A stretch of 64,000 bases of DNA from a bacterium (GTDB lineage: Bacteria; Hinthialibacterota; Hinthialibacteria; Hinthialibacterales; Hinthialibacteraceae), in assembly GCA_963663405.2 (NCBI GenBank), contig CAXXSM010000053.1:160001-224000 (forward strand). Direction: 5' to 3'. Shown in pieces: positions 21,619 to 30,845 of this stretch (within the stretch, counting starts at the first letter, position 1; each line of letters begins with the position of its first letter). The notes beneath the pieces are model-generated. The model saw nothing but the letters and a program-made list of their open reading frames with translations. It was not told the DNA's origin and searched no databases. Position numbers and translations under genes: made by a program.

Positions 21619-23409
21619 TCACTCCGCATCCGCCCCAGTCTCAAAAGAGAAAAAGGTCCCCCATTCCCCTGCAACACCATGATTATCCCGCGCCCGGACC
21701 TTCCAATAATACGTGGTCCCTGGATTGAGAAAACTCTCTGGAACTTTCCATTCACAACGATCCGATCCAACATTCCGATAGAGGGATTGTGAAACCGGCC
21801 ACCGGCAATCCGGACGCAGGCTCACTTGGATCTGGTAATCCTCAATCCGGTCTCCCTCATCCAGATCATGCGCAGGTTCCCATTGAAGCGTTGGTGTGAG
21901 TGTGTCAAACTTTGATGGAGACACGCAGGCTGTAACCATCCCCGGAGCGTGGTTGTCATCCACTTCCCGCCATTTGAATGTAATGCGCGCGTTGACTTTG
22001 CCATCGGATCGCGTCCGGCAGCGAATTACATTCTTTCCCAGTGAAAGCGCGGGCAAACTATGTGGGGAAACCTGCAGATCCGTCACGGATTTAAACCACT
22101 CCACCCCCGCCTGCGCGGGTGGATTCGCGTCAGCGGAACTTTTTAACGTGAAACCGATCTCATAGTCGTAAGCGGGAGTGTCGTTCAAAATATTCTGATC
22201 GAGATCCACTTCAATCTCCTTTGTACCGTTTCCCCATTGGTATGTGTAGAGATCACCTTCCCCCCAGCCGGGTTTGCCATAGGATACACTGGCGAACGCG
22301 CCGTTGTCTTTTCGAAGCCGGACCCAGAACCGCCCCCCCACGATGGGATACGCGCTGTCAATCGGCAGCGTGAACCGGGATGGGCGTGAATAGTTTTCAT
22401 CATGCAGTTCTTTGACATGGATAGCGGGCGTTTGACCATCTTCCTGTGTAGTCGTGACATTCTCGATCACATGAATGTACTCACGCATGTCGACAGTGTC
22501 TATATCTGGTTCCCAAATCAATCGGCCGTTCGCATAGCGTTCCGGCACTAGAGCCCTTTTATGACGGTTCTCGTGTTTGTTAAGAACAGGTTCCCACCAG
22601 CGGATCAGTTTCTCACCCGGTTTGAGAGTATAGGCCATTGTATAGTTTTTTTTGATCTCACTATCGTAGCCCGTATCAATATAATTATCTTTTGACGTCG
22701 TGATATAGCGCACGAATTCCGCATTGCGGGAAGGTGGATCATCAGGCCGATCCCATTGTCCACGCGGGTGAATCGTGCGTTCGATCAACCAAGGATCATC
22801 GATCAATTCAGCGATCGGCGCCACGCTGCGGTTATCCCGGCTTAGATAAAACACTTTCACATTCCCATCAAAGAAATGCCAGCCGCCGTTATAAAAAATC
22901 TCATTGACGGTATGTCCCCAAATCTCCTGCACCCGCGCCTCAAGACCCGCCGCGAGACAGAACGCCTTGATCCAGGCGGCGGTGTGACCGCAGATCCCGT
23001 AACCATATCCATTCATCGCCCGCACAGGATGAAGATCGCTTTTATCAGCGGGGGAACGCTGAAATCGTTTCCAATGTACCCATTCCCAAATCGCGAACGC
23101 TTTTTCCTCATCCGTTTCGCAGCCTTCTGTAATCTCCGCCACCATCGATTCAATATCGAACCAGTCGTACCGCCCATTCACCGTAATCCGTGGATCGGAA
23201 AGAGGATCGCCGCTCAAGTTCTCAATCGCAATCTCGACATTCTCCGGATCGAGCGTCCCATCAACCTCAATCGTGAATTCCGCATCAGATTCCGTTACTA
23301 CTTGGCTGAATGTTTTCAATTCCCCCGCCATAAGAGAATCCACGAAGAATAAAATAGAAAACAAAATCATCAAACATACGAACGGCATATATAGATCATT
23401 CTTCGACAT
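21619..23409 (-). CDS. Secreted transglutaminase-like domain protein with C-terminal FN3 domain
   Basis: GYGICGH...GHTVNEIFYNGGWHFFD (Cys-His-Asp), L.PGTTYYWKVRARD. ATG at 23409 has a GGAGG RBS. Confidence 0.82.
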   Translation of the reverse strand: MSKNDLYMPFVCLMILFSILFFVDSLMAGELKTFSQVVTESDAEFTIEVDGTLDPENVEIAIENLSGDPLSDPRITVNGRYDWFDIESMVAEITEGCETDEEKAFAIWEWVHWKRFQRSPADKSDLHPVRAMNGYGYGICGHTAAWIKAFCLAAGLEARVQEIWGHTVNEIFYNGGWHFFDGNVKVFYLSRDNRSVAPIAELIDDPWLIERTIHPRGQWDRPDDPPSRNAEFVRYITTSKDNYIDTGYDSEIKKNYTMAYTLKPGEKLIRWWEPVLNKHENRHKRALVPERYANGRLIWEPDIDTVDMREYIHVIENVTTTQEDGQTPAIHVKELHDENYSRPSRFTLPIDSAYPIVGGRFWVRLRKDNGAFASVSYGKPGWGEGDLYTYQWGNGTKEIEVDLDQNILNDTPAYDYEIGFTLKSSADANPPAQAGVEWFKSVTDLQVSPHSLPALSLGKNVIRCRTRSDGKVNARITFKWREVDDNHAPGMVTACVSPSKFDTLTPTLQWEPAHDLDEGDRIEDYQIQVSLRPDCRWPVSQSLYRNVGSDRCEWKVPESFLNPGTTYYWKVRARDNHGVAGEWGTFFSFETGADAE

Positions 23410-23542
23410 GCTGCGCCTCCAAAAAGAAATAAAATCCTTATTCAAATTCACAATATCAAAAACAAACAAAGAAAGATAGCCGAACTCATACGCCAAATAA
23501 ATGAGAAAGCTTTACAAAAAAGAAGTCCACGGTCACAATCCC

Positions 23543-23584
23543 CATCCTGAATATCCTGCCTATCCTATGTATCCAGATTCAGAC
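23543..23584. repeat. Half copy of family C palindrome
   Basis: CATCCTGAATATCCTGCCTATCCTATGTATCCAGATTCAGAC: ATCC every 9 bp, ending TTCAGAC like 30766 and 44334. Confidence 0.65.
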
Positions 23585-23605
23585 AAAAAACAAAGGAAAC
23601 AACAC

Positions 23606-25116
23606 TCATTTATCCCCCATCGGCCCCACGTCATGAAATGGATTCGAAAAACGCCCCCGTCCCCACTCCCGCATGTTTTCAAGTGTCTGCGCGCCATCCT
23701 CATAGTATGATTCGTTAAATTGCGAAAGGTGTTTTTCCCAAAGTTCATCCCGGATCGGCCGCCAATGCGCAGGCGTTTGAACGAGATTCATCTCTTCCAT
23801 TCTTGTATAGAGTTCATCCGCAATCAACTGATGGCCTTTAATATTCGGATGCACATGATCCAGTAACCATTCAGCGCCTGGAATGTCATGTTCCGACTGT
23901 TCTTCAAACAATGCTTTCATATTAACCAGTGGAAGCCGATATTGCGATGCGGTTTTTAATACAATCTCATGCATCGGTTCCAACATCCGCAGTGGACAGA
24001 TGTCTTCCTCCTTCGCTTGAATGTACCAATGTTTCGCTTCTTTGTACCGCTTCAGCCGCTCACAGCATTTCCCCATCTGGTATAAAAGCCCAGCGTGCCG
24101 GTGATCGATGGAAGCCGTCTTTTCAAGCAGCGCCATCTTACCCTGTACATCCGAATCATCAAGAGCGTCCGCTTGATCCCATAGATCGAGAATATAATTC
24201 ACATGCCGTTCGGACAGATTGAAATTAAATTCCGATTTAAATGGAGGGCAGTCTTTCAAATTCGAAACCGGATTCATCAGAATGACAGGTGTCCCCGCGC
24301 CACGGCAAATGCGGATCATGGTTTCCAGATTCAGGTTAAAATGTTCGATAACATCAGCGCGCCATGTCTCATCCCGGTGATACGAATTCCATCCATTGTG
24401 CTGGTCGAGTTTGGCCTCGATCTCTGTCGGCAGAACCGTCTTGGATGAATGATCGCCATCCGTACGTAGCGCGCGGTTGGGGGAAAGGAATTTGTACGCG
24501 TGAGAGTAGGTATGAAGTGAGAGCAAACCCTGATGCAGCCAAAGCAGAACGCGCGGTTTCTGTTTGATACGCCAGTAGGTCCGGTCTTCTAGAAATTCAT
24601 TATGCCCCGTGCAGAGTATATATAAATCCGGCTCATAGCGCAGCGTCTCCCGCAAGAGAGGAATTAAGCGATAACTCGCGTAGGATATCCCCCCGCAATT
24701 CACTACTTCCCAATTCGTCTCAGGCCGCGCCGCTTGCAGATTGAATTGAAGCCAGGCCGTAAATGACGACACCGCATGATAGGGCCGCCCCTGCACGGTG
24801 GAACCGCCCAGGCAGAAAATCCGGAACGTATCCGGCCCTTTCTTCGCCTCGAACGACTGGGGGCAGAAATATCGATACCGCTCCTCCGCTGTCTCGTAAC
24901 GTTGTCCCGATTCGTCAAGAACGAAGAGGGAACGCAGACCGATAAAAGAAACATAGGGATCGTCAAAATCAAATGTGGGATACGGAAAACAGATGCGTAC
25001 AATCAGTTCAATTACAACGAGTGGCGAAAGAACAACGGCGGCCGCCGAAAAAAAAACATACACTTTCGCAACCGTCCGCGCTGTCGAGTGGATGGATTGA
25101 CTTCGGTTGTGTTCAT
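23606..25116 (-). CDS. SGNH/GDSL hydrolase family protein with TPR segment, N-terminal membrane anchor
   Basis: RIFCLGGSTVQG, VVNCGGISYAS, GHNEFLE, DHVHPNIKGH. ORF track starts at GTG 25063; an ATG at 25116 overlapping the upstream stop needs a frameshift in the T9 run (A9 at 25048-25056). Confidence 0.85.
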
Positions 25117-25898
25117 GATTCCCAACTCATATACCTTGAACGAATATCCGAAAGCGCTGGAAATTCACTTCTATAGGTTAACAGCGATGAATGATCCAAT
25201 TCCGCTTCAATGAGCCTCTCGTGGTTTCCCGCGTCCGCGATTTGTTTGCCGCGTGGATCGAGAATCAGACTGCGGCCGGAATAGGATAATTTCGGATCGG
25301 TTCCGCAGCGGTTTACGCCCACCACATAAGCTTGATTCTCAATCGCGCGCGCCGTCAACAATGTCATCCAATGCGATTCGCGCGCCTGCGGCCAATTGGC
25401 GATGACGATAAATAAATCCGCCTTCCGCAACACAGCCCACCGGAAAACCTCTGGAAACCGCAGATCATAGCAGATGAAGGGCGCAACAGTAAAATCCCCC
25501 CATTGAAATGTAATGAGAGATTCACCGGATTCATAATGCTTTGTCTCTCCTCCAAAGGTGAAAGGATGGAGTTTACAATACCGCGCGATTACCTTACCCG
25601 ATGGATCGCAGACCACGGCTTCATTCCGCCCAAATCCTTCAGGTGTCCGAATCGTTAATCCCCCCACGACATAGGATCGATAGTCAATTGCAAATGATCG
25701 TAGAAACGTCTCCGTCTCACCCGATTTACTTTCCCCAATCTCTTCCACATGCATACTGAATCCCGTAGCGAACATCTCCGGTAGAACAATCAGGCTATTG
25801 TTTTCTATGTTAGCGCGTTCAAGAAGCGCGCGTGTTTTCTCAAAATTCGCTGCTTTGTTTTCCCAGACAATATCCAGTTGTACACCGATGACTTTCAT
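25113..25898 (-). CDS. Carbon-nitrogen hydrolase (omega-amidase, YafV/MtnU-like)
   Basis: LPEMFATGF, Y.K.HPF and ICYDLRFPE give the Glu-Lys-Cys triad; ARAIENQAYV. Confidence 0.92.
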   Translation of the reverse strand: MKVIGVQLDIVWENKAANFEKTRALLERANIENNSLIVLPEMFATGFSMHVEEIGESKSGETETFLRSFAIDYRSYVVGGLTIRTPEGFGRNEAVVCDPSGKVIARYCKLHPFTFGGETKHYESGESLITFQWGDFTVAPFICYDLRFPEVFRWAVLRKADLFIVIANWPQARESHWMTLLTARAIENQAYVVGVNRCGTDPKLSYSGRSLILDPRGKQIADAGNHERLIEAELDHSSLLTYRSEFPALSDIRSRYMSWES

Positions 25899-25903
25899 TC
25901 AAG

Positions 25904-27079
25904 TTACGCTCCTAGAATCGATTGCAAGCCATTGACAAGCCGTCCCACGCCTTCGATCGCGGTCTCTTTTTGCAAGGCGCCATAAGCGATGCGGAAATGA
26001 CAGCCTTCGTTGATTCCAAAGGCCCGCCCTGGCATCACAGCGACGCCATGTTCGCGAATCAATTGTTCCGCCAGTTTCATCTCATCGAATTCATCGTTTA
26101 TTTTTAAGAGGAAATAAAACGCCCCTTGCGTAGGTATGATAGCGCAGCGATCGCGTAATCGTTCAAATTCTTGAAGAAGAATCCCTCGTACTTCCGCAAT
26201 CTCCGGGATTTTACTTTGACAATAGGACGCGCCCACCCGCATCGCGCCGTACGCGGCGTATTGAGAGATCACTGGTGGACAGATCAGGATCGTGTCCTGA
26301 ATTTTATGAATCGGCGTTTCCAGATGAGCGGGATAAACCATATACCCAATACGCCAGCTGGCGAATCCATAGGCTTTGGATAACGAATAGAGAGAGATCG
26401 TATGTCCATCAGCCCCGGCGATCGACCCTGGTGAAAAGCGCTTCGCATCACCGTAGGTGAAATATTCATACGCTTCGTCATGGATATGATAGATCCCATG
26501 CGTTTTGCAGAGTTGATTGATCTCGCGCAGCGCCGATTCTGGATACACCGCGCCGCTGGGATTGTTGGGAGAAACCGTCACAACCGCCCGTGTTTTTTTC
26601 GTGATCGCATGGCGGATAAATTCGAGATCGGGTTGGTATTCATCATCGGTTGGAACACGGACCGGTTTACTGTCCGCGATCTGAATCGCCATTTCATGAT
26701 TGAAATAATAGGGCGTCAACAGAATAAACTCATCGCCGGGATCGGTGATAGCCAACACCGCGTTCATAAACGCCATGTTTCCCCCCGCCGTGACGCACAA
26801 CCGGTAACCTTCTTCCTTCCGCGAGATCTGAATGCCGTTCTCAGATTCCAATTTTTTCCGGATGACATCCCGCAGCGGTTTGATCCCCTGCACGGCATGG
26901 TACTTGTGATTCTCTCCATTCTTCAAAAATTCCTCGATCTGTTTGATCGCCTCCGGTGGAGGACCGTAATAAACCACTCCCTGTCCCAAAGAAATCGTTC
27001 CCGGACGTTTCCTCACCATATCTCCGATAATCGGAATCAATGGAGATTGAACTTTTTGAATTCGCTCGTTTAGTTTCAT
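25904..27079 (-). CDS. PLP-dependent aminotransferase class I/II
   Basis: SPNNPSGAVY, HDEAYE, SLSKAYGFASWRIGY. Confidence 0.93.
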   Translation of the reverse strand: MKLNERIQKVQSPLIPIIGDMVRKRPGTISLGQGVVYYGPPPEAIKQIEEFLKNGENHKYHAVQGIKPLRDVIRKKLESENGIQISRKEEGYRLCVTAGGNMAFMNAVLAITDPGDEFILLTPYYFNHEMAIQIADSKPVRVPTDDEYQPDLEFIRHAITKKTRAVVTVSPNNPSGAVYPESALREINQLCKTHGIYHIHDEAYEYFTYGDAKRFSPGSIAGADGHTISLYSLSKAYGFASWRIGYMVYPAHLETPIHKIQDTILICPPVISQYAAYGAMRVGASYCQSKIPEIAEVRGILLQEFERLRDRCAIIPTQGAFYFLLKINDEFDEMKLAEQLIREHGVAVMPGRAFGINEGCHFRIAYGALQKETAIEGVGRLVNGLQSILGA

Positions 27080-27130
27080 AAGTATCTTGCTCTATACATT
27101 TGCTTACACCGCTCCTCGTTCCTATATTAA

Positions 27131-27163
27131 GGGTGGCAAGGGCAAGGCGTTTTTCTGCCCTTG
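27131..27163 (+). repeat. Hairpin family B, copy 2
   Basis: GGGTGG CAAGGGCA AGGCGTTTTTC TGCCCTTG. Confidence 0.85.
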
Positions 27164-27233
27164 TATAATTCCAGATAAGTCAACATGAAACAATACCTTT
27201 CTGATTCCTTTCAATCAACTTTATTTGTCTTTT

Positions 27234-28746
27234 TCATGCCGCGCCCCGTTTCGGAGCCGAGGTGGCCAGATCCATGATTTTTTCCTGCGTGGCTTCCTCC
27301 CGTGAGAATTCACCGGCGAGAGTTCCTTCGCTCATGACAAGAATCCGGTCGGCCATACCCAATACTTCAGGAAGTTCCGATGAGATCATCAGAATCGCGG
27401 CGCCCTGCCGCAGCAGATCGTTCATCAGAAGATAGATCTCACGTTTCGAGCCGACATCGATACCCCGTGTAGGCTCATCAAAAACAAAAAGTTTCGAATT
27501 CGCCAGCAGCCATTTCGCCAACACGACTTTCTGCTGGTTTCCACCTGATAAATTCTGGACAATAGTTTCCGCCGATGGAGTCTTGATATTCAAATCATCA
27601 ATCGACTTGGCGGGCCGTATTCTGTTCCCGTTTTTTCAGGATCATGGAAAACCGGCAAAATTCCTTCAATGTCGGCAGCGTCACATTCTCCCGCACCCGC
27701 ATCCCCAAAATCAAACCCTGACCCTTGCGGTCTTCTGTCAGGAGACAGATCCCTTTCCGGATCGCCTGATGGGGCGATCGAATCCGTACCGGCTGACCGT
27801 CTAGATAGATGGAGCCTTCTTCCAACCGGTCCGCCCCAAAGATCATACGCGCGATTTCCGTCCGGCCCGCTCCGACCAAGCCCGTCAGCCCAACAATCTC
27901 CCCCTGCCGGATCAAGAAAGAGACGTCCCGTACGAAACCGCGGCTCAATCCCTCCACGCGCAGCAATTCGTTTCCCGGCGGAAACGTCTTTTTAGGAAAT
28001 TCATCCGTGATCTTCCTTCCCACCATCATTTCAATGATCCGCTCCCGGTTCATGGATCGCACGTCTTCGGTTCCGATCAACTCTCCATCACGCAGCACCG
28101 TCAACCGGTCGCAGATTTCAAAAATCTCCTCCAGCCGGTGAGAGACGTAGATCACACTCACGCCCTGTTCTTTTAAGGCGCGGATCAGGCGGAACAGGTT
28201 GTCCAGTTCATGCAGCGTCAGCGTCGCGGATGGTTCATCCATCGCGATGATTTTGGCGTCCACCGAAAGCGCTTTGGCGATTTCTACCATCTGCTGCTGC
28301 GCGATCGAGAGGCGGTTGACGGGGATATCAAGATCGAGAGTGATCCCGAGCCGCTCCAAAATGGCGGCCGCATGTTGGCGCTGTTTTCGAAAATTGACAA
28401 ATCCCAGTAAGGACGGTTCCCGCCCTAGGAAAATATTCTCCGCCGCGCTCAATTGGGGGATCAAGTTAAATTCCTGATAGATGATAGAAACACCAAGCGC
28501 CTGCGCCTTGTGTGGAGAGTCAATACTCACCCGCCGGTCTTGAATGAGAATCTCTCCGGAGTCCATACTCTCCGCCCCCGCGAGGATTTTCAACAGCGTC
28601 GATTTCCCCGCGCCATTCTCCCCCACCAGCGCATGTACCTCTCCTTCCCGCACATGAAAATCAATCCCCTTCAACGCCTGCGCGCCCGGATACCGTTTCG
28701 AAATCCCATTCATCGCAAGAAAAGGCGCCGTCTCCATCACAATCAA
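27234..28746 (-). CDS. Sugar ABC transporter ATP-binding protein (RbsA/MglA-type, two NBDs), single frameshift
   Basis: [22 protein letters not shown]; [25 protein letters not shown]. Removing one G of GGG at 27612-27614 gives [15 protein letters not shown] and 503 aa. Confidence 0.92.
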
Positions 28747-28806
28747 AACTTCCTTTCATATTCCAACTGTAGAGTCACAACAAATGTCTACTTCCTTATT
28801 CAGAGT

Positions 28807-28840
28807 GGGTGGCCAGGGCAAGGCTTTTTTCTGCCCTGGC
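28807..28840 (+). repeat. Hairpin family B, copy 3
   Basis: GGGTG GCCAGGGCA AGGCTTTTTTC TGCCCTGGC. Confidence 0.85.
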
Positions 28841-28864
28841 TTTATTCCTAAGAACTGTAGAACT

Positions 28865-29051
28865 GTAGGGTGGGCTAAAAGCGGAGCGTAGCCCACCATC
28901 TTGATAAATCGCTTACTTTAAAAATTGTAGAAAAACTAACATTCGTTACTATACGAATACTTTATTATAACGAAAAATTTCCATGAATATATATCATAAT
29001 GTAACTCATTCATTATTCGGTGGGCTACGCTGCGCTTTTAGCCCACCCTAC
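28865..29051. repeat. REPIN-like element: two inverted GTAG REPs around an AT-rich spacer
   Basis: GTAGGGTGGGCTAAAAGCGGAGCGTAGCCCACC (28865-28897) and its reverse complement with one mismatch (29019-29051). Confidence 0.9.
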
Positions 29052-29057
29052 TCGATA

Positions 29058-30569
29058 CTACAATCCTAACTTCCTCCGCCACAGAAAAAGACTCCCACCA
29101 TGATCCTGACTGCATTCCTCAAGATAGCGATCCCGCGCAGCCGAATCACCGTTCTTTTCTGCTATTAGCGCTAATTGATAAAAAACTCGTTCGGTCCATC
29201 CCGACTCTTTATAACTGTCTAAAAATCCAGTAAAACGCTTACGCGCCAGCGAGAAATTTTCTTGCTCGAACGCCGTCACAGCCAGGTAATACTCCGCGTC
29301 CTCCCGCGCTTCCATTGATAATTCTGAAGAAGACAGCGCCGTGCGCAATTCCGTCTCCGCTTCCTCGTACGCGCCCAGAAGCAGCGCCCGCCGCCCGCGC
29401 CGGATCGGATTTAAATACCCATAAACACGCTTGTACATCGCCCGCCGGGCGGGATTTGTCTTATGGGTCAATCGGAAGAGATACGGCAGGCTGGTGTATT
29501 TCCAAGAAACGATCCGGTCACTGTCCGGCTCTGTCTGGGGAATCGCCACAGCCCGTGGCGGTTGTCCCAAGGCTTGCAAATGGTGGACCGGTTCAATCAA
29601 TTGGGACAATAGAATAAATCGTGGCGTAAACGATTCCCATTCCAGATCGTGACTGGGGTGCGTTTCCCGCATCGAATCCGCGTTCTCTTGATAGACACCA
29701 AATCGGCGGATAGAGTCAATGTAAGTTTGCACCGGTTTGACAGTTGAACCAAACGCGCGGATCGACACCTTTGTTGGATTGACAAGAAAGTTTGCGGGGA
29801 AGGGAACCGGAGGATCCCCGGCCACATTAAGAAGCACGTATCCATAAGAGGGATCAAGTGGAATCCATTGCTCCTCACACAAACACAGTGCGATCGAATG
29901 AACGCTTTCAGCCGACTGCGAAACGTCATACAACAAAAGGCGTAAATTATCAATATACGCCGCGTGCAGCAGCTGCGTTAAAATCCAGGCCAGCTCTTCA
30001 CACATGCCCGATCCACGAATCAGCGCGGATAGAGAGTGGTCAGTATAATACGGTTTTCCCTCCATCCCAAATCGAACATGGCGGTACACAAAATCCAGCA
30101 GAGACAAAATCCGTTCCATCGGCGCAGTCCGGTTTCGAATGAGCCGCGAAGCGATGCGATCCATCCAAAGAAAGCGCCCCATATAACGCATGTCTTCTTC
30201 CGAAAAACGAGACGCTCGGAAACAATCAAAGAATTCCCCTTCTTTTTTTAAGAATGAAGGATAACTGACACGGATATTGCTATTCGAAAGTTCACTGGAT
30301 TGGAATACTTCATTAAACGTTTCACAGGCCTTATCCCAATTCTCCATCCATACATACGCGAATCCACAGAGAATCTGTCTACGCTGTTCCAGTTCCGCCT
30401 CGTTGAATGGTTTGGAAAGACAATCGAGCGCTTCTTCAAAACGCCGTTCTTCAAGCAACGTATGAGCTTTCAAAAGCGCATCACCCTTAGCGTTACATGG
30501 AAATAATGTCAGCGCCGGCGCCAAGATAAAAACAAAGAATATGAATCGATTCAAGACTGTGTATAACAT
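29058..30569 (-). CDS. Secreted TPR + transglutaminase-like domain protein
   Basis: Signal peptide, TPR-like helices at both ends (A.YYLA...F, FYQLA), RGSGMCEELA...HSIA...WIPLDP. Confidence 0.72.
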   Translation of the reverse strand: MLYTVLNRFIFFVFILAPALTLFPCNAKGDALLKAHTLLEERRFEEALDCLSKPFNEAELEQRRQILCGFAYVWMENWDKACETFNEVFQSSELSNSNIRVSYPSFLKKEGEFFDCFRASRFSEEDMRYMGRFLWMDRIASRLIRNRTAPMERILSLLDFVYRHVRFGMEGKPYYTDHSLSALIRGSGMCEELAWILTQLLHAAYIDNLRLLLYDVSQSAESVHSIALCLCEEQWIPLDPSYGYVLLNVAGDPPVPFPANFLVNPTKVSIRAFGSTVKPVQTYIDSIRRFGVYQENADSMRETHPSHDLEWESFTPRFILLSQLIEPVHHLQALGQPPRAVAIPQTEPDSDRIVSWKYTSLPYLFRLTHKTNPARRAMYKRVYGYLNPIRRGRRALLLGAYEEAETELRTALSSSELSMEAREDAEYYLAVTAFEQENFSLARKRFTGFLDSYKESGWTERVFYQLALIAEKNGDSAARDRYLEECSQDHGGSLFLWRRKLGL

Positions 30570-30654
30570 AGAAAAAATATTCGTTTTGACAATGATCGAG
30601 AGTAAGGATTACTATAGCGTGGGATTGAGAGTAGAGGAATGGATCGCTTTATTC

Positions 30655-30766
30655 GTCTGAACCATGATTCTAAGGATTAAAAGATGACCATGATTAAAAA
30701 TCAAGAAAATCAAGCGAATCAAGTAAGACAGCGCCAGCTGGCTGGCTTTTTAATCATGGTTCAGAC
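30655..30766. repeat. Family C MITE-like palindrome with perfect 15-bp terminal inverted repeats and a nested insert
   Basis: GTCTGAACCATGATT...AATCATGGTTCAGAC, GAT and ATC units at 8-9 bp spacing, insert GTAAGACAGCGCCAG..GCTGGCTTTT in the right arm. Confidence 0.85.
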
Positions 30767-30767
30767 A

Positions 30768-30797
30768 AAAGAAAAACCCAGCCATTCAAGGCTGGGC
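30768..30797 (-). terminator. Probable intrinsic terminator of pruA, built from a family D hairpin
   Basis: Minus strand CCCAGCC-TTGAAT-GGCTGGG followed by TTTTTCTTTT, about 50 bp after the pruA stop. Confidence 0.65.
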
Positions 30798-30845
30798 GTG
30801 TTAAATCGATCTGCAATTAATAAAAGAATTGAATTTTGATAATCT

